From: Ancylonema sp.
Taxonomy: Eukaryota
Assembly: GCA_050230475.1 (NCBI GenBank)
Contig: JBFLGF010000033.1
Location: 62,001 to 122,481 of the forward strand
Length of the DNA stretch: 60,481 nt
Reading direction: 5' to 3'
Both the position numbers and the translations under genes were made by a program. Positions 56,522 through 60,481 of the stretch are shown here, one piece after another. Every line of letters starts with the position of its first letter. The stretch's first letter is position 1. The notes under the pieces were generated by a model, which was given only the letters and a program-made list of their open reading frames with translations, was not told the origin of the DNA and made no database searches.

Positions 56522-57240
56522 GTCGGTCATAACCTCATAACTTCGACCTCTATGGACTCTTTCTAATCTGCACAGTCGTCTAGACATGCCAGCGTACAAC
56601 CAGTCCAATGACTACAGATCTGACTGTAAATCACGGAATTACGATGACTCAGTGACAACTGTTTGACCTTTTTCTTGGTGAAAGAGAGATATCGTCTGTG
56701 CGTTCGCTGCCATGGAGCACCCTCTGCTCTCCCATACCAACTTGACGCTAGGTGCACGAGGCCTACATGGCGAGAGTCAGTCATCATATCTGGAGTGTGC
56801 ATCTGGCCACCGTGACCGTTGCCGGCTTACAGCAGAGGTGGGCAACGTTTCCAGTCGTTGAGGGCATAAGTTGATGTGGATTCGAGGGAATGACAGATGA
56901 GTTGCAGAGCTCCACCACTGTTCCCGGTTCACCTTCTTCTTTTTTTCCCACCTTCGGCGTATCGAATGACTTTTGGAGGGAATGTAGAAGGCGATGTGAA
57001 GCGGTATTCATTTTCACATGTTGCCAGCTTATCATGTTATCCAATTCAAAGTCTAAAGGGAATTTGGAGTCCCACTTTCTGATACACGTGCCAGTTCACA
57101 CGTGGGGACGCGTGTTAGCATCCCACTTTCTATTCGCTGCGGATTGAGGCATTCGTTCAATGGTCTGCTATTTCCTATCTATATTACACTCTAGCCATCG
57201 ATCAGCATCGTGCAAATGAACACCAGTAGTCACACGTGTC

Positions 57241-59765
57241 ATGCCGAGCTTGCAGAATGCCATCAGCAGCGCCTCGGGGCGACAAACATCGAGGCCGAAT
57301 ATCTCCGCAGACAACCGACATCGCACAATCTGTGGCGCCAAATTTCAGCAATTCGATACGGCAGAAACGGCTTCTGGAGGGGAGGAGGGTGGCCAGGCAG
57401 GGCGGGAGGAGGATCTGAGCGAAGACAGGTAACCAGCTTGGCAACCAGCTTGGCAAACAGCTTGGCAAACAGCTTGGCAGAAGTGATGCAGACGAACGTT
57501 TTCTTTCTCCAACTTGCGCAGAGTCTTTCCGGCGGACTTACAGGGGGCGGTTCTTCAGTCAAGTGAAGCTGCTGCTCTGTTCGTTATTGCGGGGGGAACA
57601 AGAGCTGCTGTGAGTGTGCTGGAGATCTAGCCCTCCACTCTCATTGGCCCTCATGGGTGTCAGAATTTCCGTCTGCAGTGTGTTCAGAGCGTGCCTGTAG
57701 GATGTCTTCTGCTCCCCACATTAATCAGGGTCTTGTTTTACTTGCTGCTGTTTTGAGCTATTTCACACGTTCTCCACTCAGCAAGAGAGATCCAACACAG
57801 CACAATTTTGATACAACTTGCATTTCAATCAGGACTGCGATTCGATCCATGATGACACTGATGGTATCTCAACCCCACTGTTAGCATGCTCATCATAATG
57901 TGTGCGGCGTATTGCCCGAACCCTCTCCCTCGAGTTGTGGAAGGGGGTAAGGACTGAAGGTGCTGCTAGATTTAAGAGGCCGGCCAACCAGCCCTTGACA
58001 GCTGGAGCTCCGCTGCCAAGGTTGCCATGGCCCGACATTCACTGTCACACTGACAGTTGTCATTCCTCAGTGAAGAGGTGGTGCACCTGACTTGATGTTG
58101 GGGTCAACTGGAACCACTGAGGATTGCACCTGAGTCTTGTCTAAGAGCACCTGATTCTGTTGGTAGGGGTGACGAGATATGTGCCTTCTTACAGAACCAG
58201 TCATACAGAACAGACTGGGCCCACCCTTTTTGGGAAAAAAAACTCTGGTCAGTAATATTCAAAATAATAACACATGGATGTGTTCTTTTTGTAACCCTTC
58301 TCTGTTTCCTCTCTTCGATCTCTTTCGTTTTTTATTCGGTTTTTTTTTCTCGTTGTTTTTTGTTTTTTCCCCAAACCCCTGCCCGTCAGGTGGAATTGCT
58401 TCTCCCCGATCTTGAGAATCTGTCGGAGGATGGAGCGCAGCAGCAGCTGTGGACCTGCGCTCGTCTCTTCATATCTGATTTTCAAACCAAATCCGGCCTC
58501 ACGGTACACCCCCCACCCCCCCCCCTCCCCCCCTCTAATGCCCCTCCAATGCCGGATCACTCATCCCCCGTCCCCACCGGTGGCTTCACGGATGTGCAGA
58601 ATGTGAAAGCCGTGTTCCCTGACGCGGGCGCAGCAGCCATGGTGCAGCACCAATGGGGGCAGACCTCCTTCTCCATCGCCAGGTCAGCGTCCACACATAC
58701 GCGCCAGAGATGGGCCTCTCTTTTCTCTGACGCAGTCCACGGCTGCGCGTGTGCCGCCGCAGCTTGACGGACCGCCAGGTTGTGAAGGAGGAGGATGAGG
58801 CGTACGTGTTGGTGGCACCCGATTGGCAGATGCTGGCAGATGTGGAGAAAATCGCCGCCCAGCTCACACCCGCCGACGGGCTGGTGAGTGGTGGGGGAGG
58901 GTGGGGGGGGGAGGTTAAAAGTCGGGAGTGGAGGTGACCGGGGGTCATTTTGGGGTGGGGCAGCCTCGGCCGCTGATTTTGTGGAACCAGCGGTTGGTGA
59001 GCGGCGATGTCGGGGTAGGGCTGAACGTGCGCAGGCTGAGGGAACGGTTCTTGGGGTAAGATCCCCAGGGGGCGGGGGGCAGAATAGCAGAATGGCAGGA
59101 TGGCAGAATGGGTTGATAGTGAAGTGAGGGGGGGAGGGTGGTGCAGGTCCTTCACCTGCGTCTATCACATCCGCCCCAATTCCGCGGGAGCAATTTTCAA
59201 ATGCTTCCCTGAGTGAGAACCCCCTTCCCACCCATCCCATGGCCTACCCCTACCCCAACCCCACTGCAATGTGCTTCTCCTCTCTTTTTCGGGTAGCTCA
59301 TGAATCGCCTTCCCCATTGTCAGGGCGTGGAAGTTGTTTTTGGATGATGGTGAGCGGCCGGGGCGGTACACTCTGCTCAAGACGATGACGCAGCGCCCCA
59401 CGTCAGATGATATCGATGTGAGGCGGGTAGAGAGGATGGGATTCCATTTTTCGGACCATTTTTTTGCAGAAGGATTGTCGGAATGCTATATCATCCTCAC
59501 GGAGGCTTCCTGAACCCACATGTTTGCGAGTGTGGTCGCTTGGGTGGTTGTTGAAGGGGTTTAGAGGAAAGAGGATTGTTTGCAGTGCTTTGGTGCTCTG
59601 ATGTTTTGACGTGTTGGATCCTGAATTGGCGATGGGGTCATGAGTGTGCAGGAAATGTTTTTGGGGCCGCCGGGGGATGGAGACTCTTCAGGACCGTCTG
59701 CAGTGGCCAAGGCCTTTAATGTCATTGGCTCTCTGCAAAGATTTATGCGTGCATTATCTCAATAG
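57241..59765 (+). CDS. DUF1995-family putative plastid protein (same domain family as LPA3, but probably a different paralogue)
   Basis: Exons splice to VFPADLQGAVLQSSEAAALFVIAGGTRAA / VELLLPDL..GAQQQLW / VKAVFPDAGAAA / SLTDR..LVAPDWQML / PRPLILWNQRLVSGDVGVGLNVRRLRERFL / FKCFP / WKLFLDDGERPGRY..RP / ..LQRFMRALSQ*. Confidence 0.88.
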
Positions 59766-60481
59766 GAGAACCGATGTGCAGTGGTAACAAGAGTGGGAAA
59801 AATAGGTCCTACAAATTTCCACAATTTTAGAAATCCAATGAGCACTTTCTTGACAGTGAGGGTGTTCGGCAGACAACATGTCTTGTTGGACATTGGTGAA
59901 TCGCGGATGTGTGCTTATGCAATGGTGTCATCTCCTTGATGTGTCTATTAGGATTACAATAGCTCACATCAATCATTCATCCTCAGTTTGACTGCATCCG
60001 CCTTTTTATGATACTACATAGCCGATTCTCACATTGCGAAACTATATCATTCCTAGTTCTACAACTTTCGGAAATCTAGTATCACCATCTCCGCAACACG
60101 TCTGTATGACACATTCCTAGTGTTTGAATATTCATCCTACATTATTAAAACGAAACTAAAAACAAAACAAACACAACAAATATGTCAAGTCATTAGTGGT
60201 GATAACATCGACAAATGCTATTATCGAAATCTTTTTTCCAAATAAGATCAGAGAGTCAACAATGATGAAGATGATAATGACCGAAATGATGAAGTCGATA
60301 GATTGAATTAAAATAAGGTTTGAAATGTCACAGTTACTATCCGAAAAATGATATCATGCAATCACGGAAAGTATCATATCTAGTGAGGATGTGTCTAACG
60401 CTAACCACAACTGAATCGTTATCAAGTCATCCAACTCCAAGTCCTCAAAAAAAGTATACACTAAACACTTATTTCGAGCGA

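Noticed and set aside
57241..59765. Naming the gene LPA3
   Set aside because: The motifs (VFPDAGAAA, RPLILWN) fit a different DUF1995 paralogue than LPA3 as I recall it.
59770..60481. Possible gene in the AT-rich right end
   Set aside because: No ORF of 60 aa or more and no recognisable motif.

Overview
Eukaryotic nuclear DNA, not prokaryotic: compact, intron-rich genes with land-plant-like orthologues, most consistent with a streptophyte alga or early-diverging plant (inference). Twelve spliced protein-coding loci are supported. In order: isobutyryl-CoA-dehydrogenase-like ACAD (runs off the left edge), a conserved protein with a Rad52/ERF-like C-terminal motif, truncated haemoglobin GLB3, a head-to-head pair of ABCA half-transporters, a sucrose transporter, a PTST3-like CBM48 protein, an HLB1-like TPR/PH protein, a cyanobacterial-type LpxB-related protein divergent from ORANGE, BABAM1/MERIT40, and a DUF1995 protein. 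One ABCA gene has a 1167-bp tandem duplication of its 5' end; the other is cut off before its ATPase domain and joined to foreign exons. There is also a tRNA-Arg(CCG). Intergenic regions hold a decayed Copia gag, a 5'-truncated RLE-type (CRE-like) non-LTR retrotransposon with several dispersed 3'-end remnants, Tc1/mariner-type MITE ends and many short tandem arrays. Two signals are unexplained. (i) An exact 12-mer, GACAGGTGGCAG, recurs in introns of four genes; its orientation follows the intron's G/C strand skew rather than transcription, and many introns have G-rich acceptors without a pyrimidine tract. (ii) A ~4-kb non-coding structure with ~1.2-kb diverged inverted arms belongs to a four-copy family with blockwise conservation. 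Exon boundaries were read by eye, and family assignments come from recalled motifs, not database searches.
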